Assembly: GCA_030141605.1 (NCBI GenBank)
Contig: JAQGDQ010000332.1
Span: 1 to 64,000, forward strand
DNA from: Tubiluchus corallicola
Lineage: Eukaryota; Animalia; Priapulida
Reading direction: 5' to 3'
Length of the DNA stretch: 64,000 nucleotides
The position numbers and the translations under genes are program-made. The notes under the pieces were generated by a model. That model was given only the letters and a program-made list of their open reading frames with translations, ran no database searches and was not told where the DNA came from. Of this stretch, positions 53,344 to 64,000 are shown piece after piece; position 1 is the stretch's first letter, and each line of letters starts with the position of its first letter.

Positions 53344-55362
53344 CTAACGACCATAACTTTGATTTTGCTGACGGCCATAACCTTGCTGTTGTTGCCTTTG
53401 CACTTGCTGTCCGTACCCTGTACTAGTTGAAGGAACCTGGCTTTGAGGACCTGAATGAACGGGAAGAGACTCTAGTTTTACAGCTTCGAACTGTATATTA
53501 GGATTCCTCTGAAACCCATAAGCTGCACCTTGTTTGGTGCTTCCCTCTCCGGACGCCCATTGTTGGTACTGTTGTGTTGCATCTTGACTAGCTTCTCTGT
53601 TGGCAGATAATTGTATTCCAGCTTCCCCTGAGCCGCTTCCCACTTTTTCAGAGCTGCTAGACTCGTACTGGCGTGCGTAACCAGATTTGTACCGCCTTCC
53701 TATGATGACCTGTTGTGGTTGACCTTTATTGCGAGCTTCCTGTGGTGCTAAAGCTTCTGCAGCCCTTCTCGCTTGTTCAAAATCAAACATTTCCACATCT
53801 GCGTAATCGCCGCCAAAGTTATCAAAACCATACGACTGTGTATCGATATCACCAAAATTCATGACGTTAAAGTCGCCTCCACTAAAGGAACCAACAGGAC
53901 TACCCGCAAAGCTATTTTGACCTCTGCTAGTTGATGCGAGAGACTGAGAGAAGCTAGACGGGCGTGACGCTCCTATCTGATGTAAACTTGATTGTCTCGA
54001 CGCAATCCTAGTCTGCTGACCATAACCTTGCTGTTGCTGCTGTTGGCCATATCCTTGAGGCTGTTGAAGCTGGTGTCTCTGTTGTTGCTGAGGTTGACCA
54101 TAGCCTTGTTGTTGCCGTTGTTGTTGACCATATCCACCCTGTTCCTGTGATTGCTGTTGGCTATACCCTTGTTGTTGTGGCTGTTGCCGCCTGCCATATC
54201 CTTTTTGTTGCTGCTGCTGTTGTTGGCCATATCCTTGTTGTTGTTGTTGTTGACCATATCCACGCTGTTGCTGTGATGGCTGTCGGCTATACCCTTGTTG
54301 CTGTTGCTGTTGCTGTTGCTGGTTGTCATATCCTTGTTGTTGCTGCCTACCATATCCTTGCTGTTGCTGCCTGCCATATCCTTGCTGTTGCTGGGGCTGC
54401 TGTTGGCCATATCCTTGCTGTTGTTGTGGCTGCTGTTGGCCATATCCTTGCTGTTGTTGTGGCTGCTGTTGGCCATATCCTTGCTGTTGCTGCGGCTGCT
54501 GTTGGCCATATCCTTGCTGTTGCTGTGGCTGCTGTTGGCCATATCCTTGCTGTTGCTGCGGCTGCTGTTGGTCATATCCTTGCTGTTGCTGTGATTGGGA
54601 AGACACTTGATGTAAACTTTCAATTGGGATGATTTGCTGAAACATCTGAGGCTGCCCTGACACTTGATAGGATGAGGATTGTGCTTGCATTCGTGGATGC
54701 ATCTGAATACTAGGGAAGAACTGATCAGAAACAACACCTCGACCATAACCTCTTTTGCCACTGGTTGTTTTAGCTACTGTCTCAAGCCTAAATTTTTGAC
54801 TTTGTGGTTGTTGTTGACCATACCCTTGCTGTTGCTGTGGTTTATGTGTTTGTTGTTGTTGTTGTTGTTGTTGACCATATCCTTGTTGACGTTGTTGTTG
54901 TTGACCATATCCTTGTTGACGTTGTTGTTGTTGACCATATCCTTGCTGCTGCTGTTGTTGTTGACTACCATACCCTTGCTGTTGTTGGGGCTTATGTCTC
55001 TGTGGTTGTTGTTGACCATATCCTTGCTGCTGCTGTTGTTGTTGACTACCATACCCTTGCTGTTGTTGGGGCTTATGTCTCTGTGGTTGTTGTTGACCAT
55101 ATCCTTGTGGCTGCTGTTGCTGTTGACTACCATACCCTTCCTGTTGCTGAAACTGATGCCTCTGTTGTTGCTGTTCACCATATCCTTGTTGTGTTTGTTG
55201 TTGACGTTTCTGACCAAGTCCATGTTGTTGAACTGGTTGCTGATGTTGCAGTTGCTGCTGTTGGCCATACCCTTGTTGTTGTTGTCGCCGCACTTGTGCA
55301 AAGCCCATGCAAAGAACATGTGTTACACACGATAGCACGAAAAGTCCTTTTACAATCTCCAT
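53344..55362 (-). CDS. Secreted glutamine-rich GYG-repeat low-complexity protein, 672 aa, single coding exon
   Basis: 2-kb open frame; N-terminal signal-like MEIVKGLFVLSCVTHVLCMG; about 28 GYG motifs embedded in poly-Q; mixed CAA/CAG codons with non-repetitive blocks, so it is not a simple microsatellite; AG acceptor at 55372-55373 just upstream of the ATG. Confidence 0.85.
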   Translation of the reverse strand: MEIVKGLFVLSCVTHVLCMGFAQVRRQQQQGYGQQQQLQHQQPVQQHGLGQKRQQQTQQGYGEQQQQRHQFQQQEGYGSQQQQQPQGYGQQQPQRHKPQQQQGYGSQQQQQQQGYGQQQPQRHKPQQQQGYGSQQQQQQQGYGQQQQRQQGYGQQQQRQQGYGQQQQQQQQTHKPQQQQGYGQQQPQSQKFRLETVAKTTSGKRGYGRGVVSDQFFPSIQMHPRMQAQSSSYQVSGQPQMFQQIIPIESLHQVSSQSQQQQGYDQQQPQQQQGYGQQQPQQQQGYGQQQPQQQQGYGQQQPQQQQGYGQQQPQQQQGYGQQQPQQQQGYGRQQQQGYGRQQQQGYDNQQQQQQQQQGYSRQPSQQQRGYGQQQQQQGYGQQQQQQQKGYGRRQQPQQQGYSQQQSQEQGGYGQQQRQQQGYGQPQQQQRHQLQQPQGYGQQQQQQGYGQQTRIASRQSSLHQIGASRPSSFSQSLASTSRGQNSFAGSPVGSFSGGDFNVMNFGDIDTQSYGFDNFGGDYADVEMFDFEQARRAAEALAPQEARNKGQPQQVIIGRRYKSGYARQYESSSSEKVGSGSGEAGIQLSANREASQDATQQYQQWASGEGSTKQGAAYGFQRNPNIQFEAVKLESLPVHSGPQSQVPSTSTGYGQQVQRQQQQGYGRQQNQSYGR

Positions 55363-56588
55363 AGTGGGTCCCTATAATAATGTTTCAAATTAAACATTTG
55401 TATTTCGCTTTCACAGAAAGGCCATAAACGTACTCCCTAGGTCCTTACTAGAAAGTCGCCATTGCATTCGATGCCACTAGTGTTTTAGTACATCTTTAGA
55501 TTAACTGATTTTGCAAAAACGCCGAATTAATGTCTGATTGATGTCGAATGCAAGTGTAATTTTTCAACGCCTAACGTAAAATCTCTTTCTGATTGACATC
55601 AGACCAGCAGAGTCTGGTAGTTAAGCTTATGAAAAGCTGTTAAAACTACTAAACAGATATTTTTTAATTTTTGGTAGTCTATATAGGCTTCACATTATAA
55701 GGTTAAAAAGTGTGCCAGCTTTTAACAAATATTAAAAAATAAAACATCTATATTATGGAGCTAGTCAGGGGCAACTACACGGAAATCAACAAAGATAAAT
55801 CGAGTCCTTTCTAAACTCAAAACAACCCGCGAAACAAAACCGAAAATAGTTTCAAATGTGAAAAACGATGTAGAGTAAGCAGAGGTTCATTTTCTGCTAC
55901 CGTCTAGCTAAAATTCAGAGCTACAAATTCAAAGTTGTGGGTCTAATCCTTTTATATGGCAACTTTATATGGCAATTTTCCAGATCATCTGAGCACGTTC
56001 GAGGAGATCGGGATATAAACGTCGCCGAATTGTTTTTTCAAATCAATTAATACACACAAAAAAGTTCAAATGCACCCGATTTTGCTTATTTTTGCACATT
56101 ACAATTATTTTCCTTGTAATTCCGTATTTCAAATGCGCAAGGTAAGTTTTTGCTTTCACTACCAAATCAAATTAGCAATCAAACTGTTATCTTTTCGTGC
56201 TTTTCGCGCTACTATTGATGATAACTTCGTAGTAGTTAAAAGATAATATCACGAGTGCAACAACACCACAATAGTAAAAGTCCATACAAATAGTGCCGGT
56301 AATCCGTCAGTAAGAAAACTTTCAGTTGCACATATACATAAAATTATTTTTTGCACGGATTCACCGTTCATTTCATTACTGCTGCTTTTAGCACCACACT
56401 CCTCTTAAATGTTACAACAAAACGTCAAGTTTATTCTTAATTCTGACACAACTTCGAGTAAAATGATAATCTGGCAGCTATAACTAACATCAAATCAGCC
56501 AAACAATCCCTTTGCGTTTTATATTTTCTATTGCAAAGAGCTGCATGCTTAATCACTTGTAGTATGTAAACTTGCACACCTGACCCAC

Positions 56589-56666
56589 CTATCATAGATA
56601 ATATTCCAACAGTATCTAAACTACAAAGTACTAAACCCCGCCATAGTTACGCGTTTGCGTTTTATA
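56589..56666 (-). promoter_or_regulatory. Putative TATA/Inr core promoter and short non-coding first exon of the Q-rich gene
   Basis: Minus strand: TATAAAA (56666-56660), Inr-like TTAGT ~30 nt downstream (56632), then donor ATAG|GTGGGT at 56588 that could join the acceptor at 55372. Confidence 0.35.
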
Positions 56667-57004
56667 CAAGGGCTTTCAAGCTCGTGACCTAAAACTTTCT
56701 CCGATGTATGACTAAGAGCATCTTCTCCGTTCCGCTTACATCTCCTGGAGAGTGAAACAGAGAATGCTGCGCTCAATTGCAAATTGCAGAGCTTAATTGC
56801 AAAACGGAGATGTTAATAAAAATTTATTGAAAACGAATTTTATCATGGCTAGTAGTAATAAAGGTGAAATATCAAGGCTCAAGCTGAAAAAACGAAATAC
56901 AAAACCTTCACCTTTTTAAGCAAAGCCCTCAAATACAAAATTCATCTAGACTGTAATATGTTTTACTACATGATTAGTTGATTATAAGTCATCATTTTTG
57001 TTAC

Positions 57005-57070
57005 TGCTGTCATTATCATCGTCACCATCACTATCATCATCGTCATCGTCGTCTTCGTCATCATCATTAT
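57005..57070. repeat. (TCA/TCG)n trinucleotide tract
   Basis: Direct reading. Confidence 0.8.
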
Positions 57071-59974
57071 GAACAATCAACTTACATATTTGAGAAACGA
57101 AAACTGGCCTTTTTCGATTGATCAACGATCAGTAATTAGCAATCAAACAAAAGCTTCAAAATCCGAAGATTATCCAAAAATTGGAAAAAGCCGCACATTT
57201 CAATTTACAACTGCGGAATAAAGTCAAAGTGGCCTACTATGAGCCAGACTAGTTAAAATGTTTTATAATTTAAGTTTACTGCATAGCTTCGAACATTCTG
57301 CTTGCGAAAATGCTAGGAACAATTTTTAGAAGGAACTTGACATATTACAATGCTAATTTGTTGGTTTTAATTTGGCATTTGATTTGAACTCTTTAAAGTG
57401 CTTACCCTAGCCGTAACCATAACCGCTTAATTTAAACTGACTTGCTAAATTACTTAACGTCTAACCAGTGTTATATTTCAGTAAGATATTTATACTTAAA
57501 TTGCCTATTTAACATATGGAGACTCGAGATGTATTAAAATTTATACTTTTCCTAAAATGCAATGGCGAAATGGAATTTGAAAAGACACAGTACTCCAGAG
57601 AGATCAATTGTCTTAAACGAAGACAAAATTTTCTGATGTCAGCATACCTTCATAGGAGCGTTATCTGCAACAAGTTATCGTTTTTCGCTACACGAATTAC
57701 TTGCTTCTCATTCTTAAATTACCGATTTCAATTACCCGCTTCTTAAGTTTCTTAGAAATAGCCAAGACAATTGTACGCATAAGAGGGAGTAGGTGGAGAA
57801 CAAAAATATTATATTCATTCTTTTACATAAATTTAAGACTTCAGTGCGTACTTTATCTGATGTAATTCTTGCTTGCTGGACATTTTGCATCGGTTTATAA
57901 ACCTATTGTAGTCTACAATAATCCTCAGGTCACTGGCTAGAGTCGGGTAAGAGCTCTTCTCCTATTTATCTTTTCTTGGTGGTTTAAAGAAATTGGACGA
58001 GCATATACTATACACTGTGGACTATGCAGCATTATGAGATGTCGCAACTTGTGGCTATTACAATCATGCGGAAAACCTAAACTTCACGCAGACTCGTACA
58101 ACATTTCATCCGCTGCATTGTCAATAGGCTGAAAACACATTTTCTACATGAAGTCCTTGTTGTATTCGGGTTTTATGACAATAGGACAATGTTTTCAAGG
58201 TTTCCAATGTTATTCATAATTTACACAAAAGATTAGAACCATTGGACAAAACCACTTGTAGTGCTGGTATAATTATACTGTCAATTAACTGATCACGTTC
58301 CAAACGCAATTCAAGAAACACATAAAACTATATGTGAAAAGTAAGGAAAACTAATATCGGCAAGTTAGAAAATGAATTACTGATAGCTAAAGATATTGGA
58401 AAGTAATAAAAAAGACCTCAACAGGTCATCAGAATAACACTCATCAGAATAAGTGTTAAAAACGTGTTGAACTTGCACGCCTGTGAAAATTAAACGTTCC
58501 TATACCCAAACATGCTTGTTTCACAGTAAAAGCAAGTCATTTCAAAATTATGATATTTATACAATCTTTAAATATGGGTTTAACAATTTTGTAGTCTGTT
58601 TTTACGCCACTGTGATATATGAGTTGCCAATTTTCCACACCAAAGATAACACGTAGTTTCAGCGAAGTTTGATCACAAAAAGCTGCAAAAATATTTGGGT
58701 AATTGTAAAATTACAAAAATTGCTAAAATTGCGGAATTAAGAAACACGTTGTAATTTCAAAGACCGCACAGTGGTAGAAAGTTTTCATCCCGGAGACATT
58801 CATTTTTTCCTATCATTTCTATTTCTCTTCCACTTGTTTTACAGAATCATGATAAATAAATCAAAATTGTAAAATGTACGATCGCAGCATTACATTTATA
58901 TATAAGCGACCAGTGCTTTGTTTTTCAAAAGTAAGCTCATATAGTTGCTGTACGATGATTTACACATTCAAATGATTTTGCTCTTGCTCCGAACGCGAAG
59001 CAGTTTCCGTCAAAACTTTTTCTATGGGCAAAATCTCTCCTGTTATTAGCAAATTTCACTTGAGATGGACGATGAGCAAACACGGTATCACTTTCATACT
59101 GTTTGCATCCACGCTTCGCCTTTGTTCGACCCGGAATCCGGGTCAGACGCTGTTTGGGAGAAAGTGAAATTAGAAGAATTCTCATTGAAAAGGATGATTA
59201 TCTACTACGGCTTTTGTTGCATACTGTTCCGCTAAACTTTACACGTTGTATGCTTCCTGGCCCAAAACAACAAGGTTGAAACTGATGCGTGGCCGATTAT
59301 GCCCTATTTAATCAAAGTGTTAACTGGCGTTTAGAATTATCGATAGTACATCGATAAGCTCGGTGTCTATAACGCATTTAGATAACACTCCCAAAAGTGC
59401 CCTTAAGTAATAACTAATGTGTCTGAAGCGTCGCTTCCGATTACAATACAGCGCTTTAAGGTGCCATTTAAATACAGTAATACGAATTTAGCATCATTAA
59501 CAGGAAAACTGCAACTTCTGTGTAACTATCCAATAACTAAAGTATTGTGGAATTATAAATTTGACATTCCTTCAAAATTAGTATTTTTGTGAGCGCCCTA
59601 GCTTTTAGTAAATTAAAAAAGTAAATGAAATAAAAGAAATATACCATTGCTACAAAAATGGAAAAACCTGGGACATTATTGTAAATGGTAGTGCGTATTT
59701 GCCGCCCTTAATTTAATCCAAATAGCTGCCAACCGATCTATCAAAACTCACAAGTTACTCCACACTAAATTTAATACCTTAAAAAACAATCTAATTAGTT
59801 AGCGATTTCTCTATCCTGGGCAAATTAACTAGAAAATATTACTTTGGTTGGTGAATTTATTATTGTACGTGTATTCGGATTTTGTTTCAGTTATACGACA
59901 CTGCTACGTTTGGGCGTATAATCTTTTTTTCATCCTAACAATAGTCTGCCCATTAAAACAATTAATAAAAAATT

Positions 59975-60360
59975 CAACGAACAAAACAGATGAAATAATA
60001 CGCAAGCAAACAACCTAGCAAGCAAATGAACAAGCACACGAACAAAGAGCGAATGAACGAATAAATTAAAAACGGCTGAATAGACAAACAAATAAGTGAA
60101 TGAGCAAACTGATGAATAGGAAAAAGGGAAGAAAACAAGTAACAAAATAGAAAGAAAGGGAAGACAAAGAAAGGGGAAGAAAGAAAGGAAGGTAGGAGGT
60201 AAAAAAGGAAAAAGAAGCAAGCAAACAAACAAATAAAGAATGAATGAATGAATGAATGAAACAAAGAAAGAAAGAAAGAAAGACTGAAAGAAGAAGGAGA
60301 CGCAGACCATGACAAATAAGAAGAAGAGGAAAGAACAAACAAACGAGAAAAGAAAGAGCC
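59975..60360. repeat. Purine-rich compound tetranucleotide tract (AAAC/GAAT/AAAG)
   Basis: Direct reading; source of the Phe/Leu-rich spurious minus-strand ORFs. Confidence 0.85.
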
Positions 60361-63300
60361 AAGTTTGCACTGCTTAGAATATAAATATGGTCTGTGAGAT
60401 TTAAGAAAGCTTGGTTTAATAACTTAGTCAGTAGTTTTTGCGTGTTATCAACGCGAACATCTTTCCTTACTGTCCTTATCTTTGTTCCCATTTCGTTTCA
60501 AATTCTTTAGGATTGTGAATTTCACCGAATGACCTATCTTCGTTTCTGTGCTCTGCTCCATAGATTCATTCCCCAAATGCTAATACCACAAATGCCAAAA
60601 TAACAGCAGAATTTTTGCGTTGATTGTACGCTAAATATGGACCACAGTTAGGGCAGAGAAAAAAGCATTTTCTACAGAAAAGTCGAAAGACGTTTTGACA
60701 GCTGTAAAACTCCGTTTTTATGGTATAAACATTTATTTTGAAAGATACACATTCTCTTATAGCTTTATAATTATTAGTGTCATTGACGCGTTTTTCTTAC
60801 AAATCCTGTAAATGCGTAAATCAACGTCATTCAAAAGCCGCTAATCGATGGACGTGAATCCATCTGCTCTGTCTGCGAATGTGCAATGCGCAGTATGGCC
60901 TACATCTGTGTTTCGTGTTCAGTACGTGACGTCAGTAACTTAATGCATATTTAGTAAATGCATTCATATTTATCAGGACTCAGACCTGTTACGGTGTGCC
61001 GTTGATCCTTTATTACCCGACCCAAAAAACTTTACAGCTTTTAAATATATCGTATATGTACTAGATATAAACTGCATTTGTGTTTCGAGTAGTAAAGTTG
61101 TATTATAGCTTTGTTTATTATGAAGATATTTTGACAAGAATAAATTTATTTTTACAGATTTGATATGGGCTTGAAACTAGCGTAACAACAGTTTTCTCGT
61201 TTTTACGAGAAACAGTTTGTTGTCAAAATAATAAGTCAAAATGTTAAAGTTTCCAGCAATTGTAGGCTCTCCTTTTCAGATAAGTATAGCTGTTTCTACT
61301 TAAAAACATGCACATAATTTTTCGTTCTGTATTTGATTTCTTTTAATTTTTTTACTTGTAAGCTTATTTTAATATTCTAGCTTGACAGATAGAAAGTGCA
61401 GGCCATTTAAAAAGGTTTATAAAATAAAAAGAATAATTAAAAGTAGAACTCTTAAATCTTATGACTTATTTCTTTTATCATGCATTCGCCCTATGATGCT
61501 TGCACTAAAAATTTTACCTTTTATTTGAAAAATGACTTGAAATGTTTACTACCACTAACTGAAGTTTTTGACTCAAACTTTATGACAATGCAGTTTAAAT
61601 ATGTTTCTGAATAAATGTTATTTGCCAAACCTGATAGACAAAAAAGTATAGTTGCGATTTGCCATTAATGGTGTAATTTTGCGTTGCTTGACAAATAAAG
61701 GAAAAATTTAACCAGTACCATGTTTAAGGCATTTTTTCCGAAAGCTTAACCAAGGTACCCCAATCCTATTTTTACGGGGGTGTGTGTTTTAAGGGGCAAG
61801 CAGGGTGCTATACCCATTCCAAACTTCCAACCCAGCCCAGACATTAAATGATATGTTGGTGAAGTTGGTGGGGATATAATCGAAACCTCTGGGCGAATGT
61901 GCTTCAGGGTGTGTGATCGGTTTGAGTTGCATTTCCGCTGGCATTAATTTCGTTACGTCTTCTGCAAAATGTCCCTAGTAAAGAAACATTGCAGCCAACT
62001 TCATAATAGATTAACTTACCGGTGTGTTTCGTTTTCTTTTTAAATTAATAAACTGTATACATTTCTTTCGAAAAAGCGTGTCGAAGTTTTGTGTGATTTA
62101 AAAAACTCATGTTATCACGTAACTGATCAGCATGCACCTCGCATGGCGCTTTTCAAGTCGAGTTACTGAAATAATCGATTTCTCGCGAAATAGTTATAAA
62201 TGGTATGCCACGAATTAAGTCTTTTCCACTTATTTTTGTAGGTCGCGTCAGTTTTAGTAATTATTAGTTTTCTTGGACATTCAAGTCAATACGCGGCTTT
62301 AAAGCACTGTAATATACAGTAACTACAAACCATTTCATAAGCAAATAATGTTTTACAAATGTTTTTGTAAATAATATATTATGAAATGAGTAATTCTTAA
62401 AAGATATATTACATTAATACCAGAAGTCTGCAATTATGCCAACAGTGGCCAGTCGTTGCATTCTACGCCCCCCCCCCAGCAAGCGCTGATTTAAACTCTC
62501 CCATTGACTCAAATTTCAAACGTCTCCTCTATTTATGACGTATAGACCTTTCTATAATCTGTTGCATAGTTATTGTTATTTTATTTTTCTATAATAGTTG
62601 ATCTTATATTGCTTGCTCTAATAATTGTACCAAGCTCAAACAAACTTTCCTTTTCGTACATTCATGTGTTCTTTATACGTGCGCGAGTTTTTGTTTGCAC
62701 AACTTATTAAGAGTTTTAGCTGTAGGGTTAAATGAATGGGCTGTTATGGCGTATTTGTGTCATAATTTATGCCATTTATCCGTTTACAATGCAGACAATG
62801 GTGATAAGGACGGATAATTTGCCTATACAGAAACATTCAAGAAAGAAGCCTGCAAGTGCCTTAGCGATTATATTATTTTTTGCTTCGGATAGTTATAATT
62901 GTGTAATGTAAGCGTTTATACGGTTTATCGCTTCTGCTGAGCGAGATGACAATCTGCTAGTCTCAGTTGTTTTTTCCTTGTTTTTCACTGCTGAATTGTT
63001 TAATTTACGGTCACTATTCTTGTCATTACGAATTAATTTGTGTTGTGACAACACACCATCTTTAAAATTTTTAAATTAATAGTTGAAATTGTCAAATATG
63101 TGTAACACGTGTACTGTTTGTCATTTCTGACTGACCTGCTCTGCCACTATGTATGACCTTTAATGGTCAACGGTTACAAGCTGATCGGTTACAAAACACC
63201 CAGCTTTCAAGCTTGACCGTTGTTCCAAGTCTCATCAGTTTACACAGATCTGGTTCAACGTATTATTGGAACTTGGTATATACCCGTGGTTATTTCCCTA

Positions 63301-64000
63301 TTTCTATAGCAGAAGTACTGCTTGCTCCATTTTTGGTCGTTCTAGTCATCCCACTTCGTTAAATTTTTCCACTAATTACGCCGCATTTAAAATAATTAAG
63401 AGAAAAAGTTAGGCTAGGGTAGGTTAAGAAGAAAGGCTAAGTACTTCGGTCGTAGTTGCCATACTATGTATATTTCAATGTTTGTTCAAGGCATTAGTTC
63501 AATAAGCTACTGAGTAGTTTGCGTTGGATCGCTCCAGAGTAGCGTCCACGAACCATCCTGAATGGCCAGATCTTGGTGCCATCACTTGTAGGACCCAAAT
63601 AATAAAATGCTCTCAGGAGTAAAATGTATTTGTCCAGTGGAAAACTGGCAAATCCCACCCGGGGCCCGATGTATTAACGACTTTACGAACGCATTTAATG
63701 AAATATCGCATGATATGAAATATTTATGAGTTAAGCGCAATTTCTAACAACCGTACATCTAAAATCAGATTTTCCGAACTTCACGCTTCAAACAACAGGT
63801 GGCGCTCCCCTGCCATAAATTTCCTGCATTATATAATCTGTCCCGACTTAATATTATGTCTTAAAACCTGCCGTAACACCATGATGCCAACAAGAGAAAA
63901 GATAAAGTTGGTGTTTCATCAGATTCGGGTTCCCAGTAAATAACAATGAATTATTGCATCAACGTGCTTGTAACACCAGAGTTGCAGCTTTAAAAAATCA

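Noticed and set aside
53973-55364. Overlapping ORFs in other frames of the Q-rich gene (poly-L, poly-V/A, CCCCGCCWPYP, NSSHNNSKDM)
   Set aside because: Shadow frames of the CAA/CAG repeat. The Cys-rich frame resembles a metallothionein or keratin-associated protein only because it is the antisense of CAACAG codons.
58937-59185. 82-aa basic ORF in a GC-richer patch (possible transposase remnant)
   Set aside because: No diagnostic catalytic or Cys-rich motif identifiable in any frame.
59930-60491. Hydrophobic F/L-rich ORFs resembling membrane proteins
   Set aside because: Produced by the purine-rich low-complexity tract; open in all three minus frames.

Overview
AT-rich, intron-containing animal (invertebrate-like) genomic DNA, not prokaryotic. 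By reading splice sites manually I reconstructed seven protein-coding genes. (1) A clan-2 (CYP2-like) cytochrome P450 on the minus strand, 7 coding exons visible, running off the left edge. (2) A 13-coding-exon serotonin-transporter-type SLC6 gene on the minus strand (11358-30859). (3) An intronless DHRS4-like short-chain dehydrogenase nested antisense in the first coding intron of that transporter. (4) A divergently transcribed 10-exon SLC22 organic cation transporter on the plus strand (36651-45038). (5,6) Two tandem 3-exon Ly6/uPAR (three-finger, quiver-like) genes that the ORF track mostly misses. (7) A secreted 672-aa protein built of Q-rich GYG repeats. Non-coding features include several MITEs (one hAT-type with a perfect 8-bp TSD), Helentron/DINE-like fragments, a tRNA-like remnant, long microsatellites, a perfect 26-bp hairpin and a ~600-bp foldback between the two transporters, and a dense cluster of RFX X-box-like motifs between the Ly6 genes. 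All family assignments come from motif recognition only; no database searches were run.
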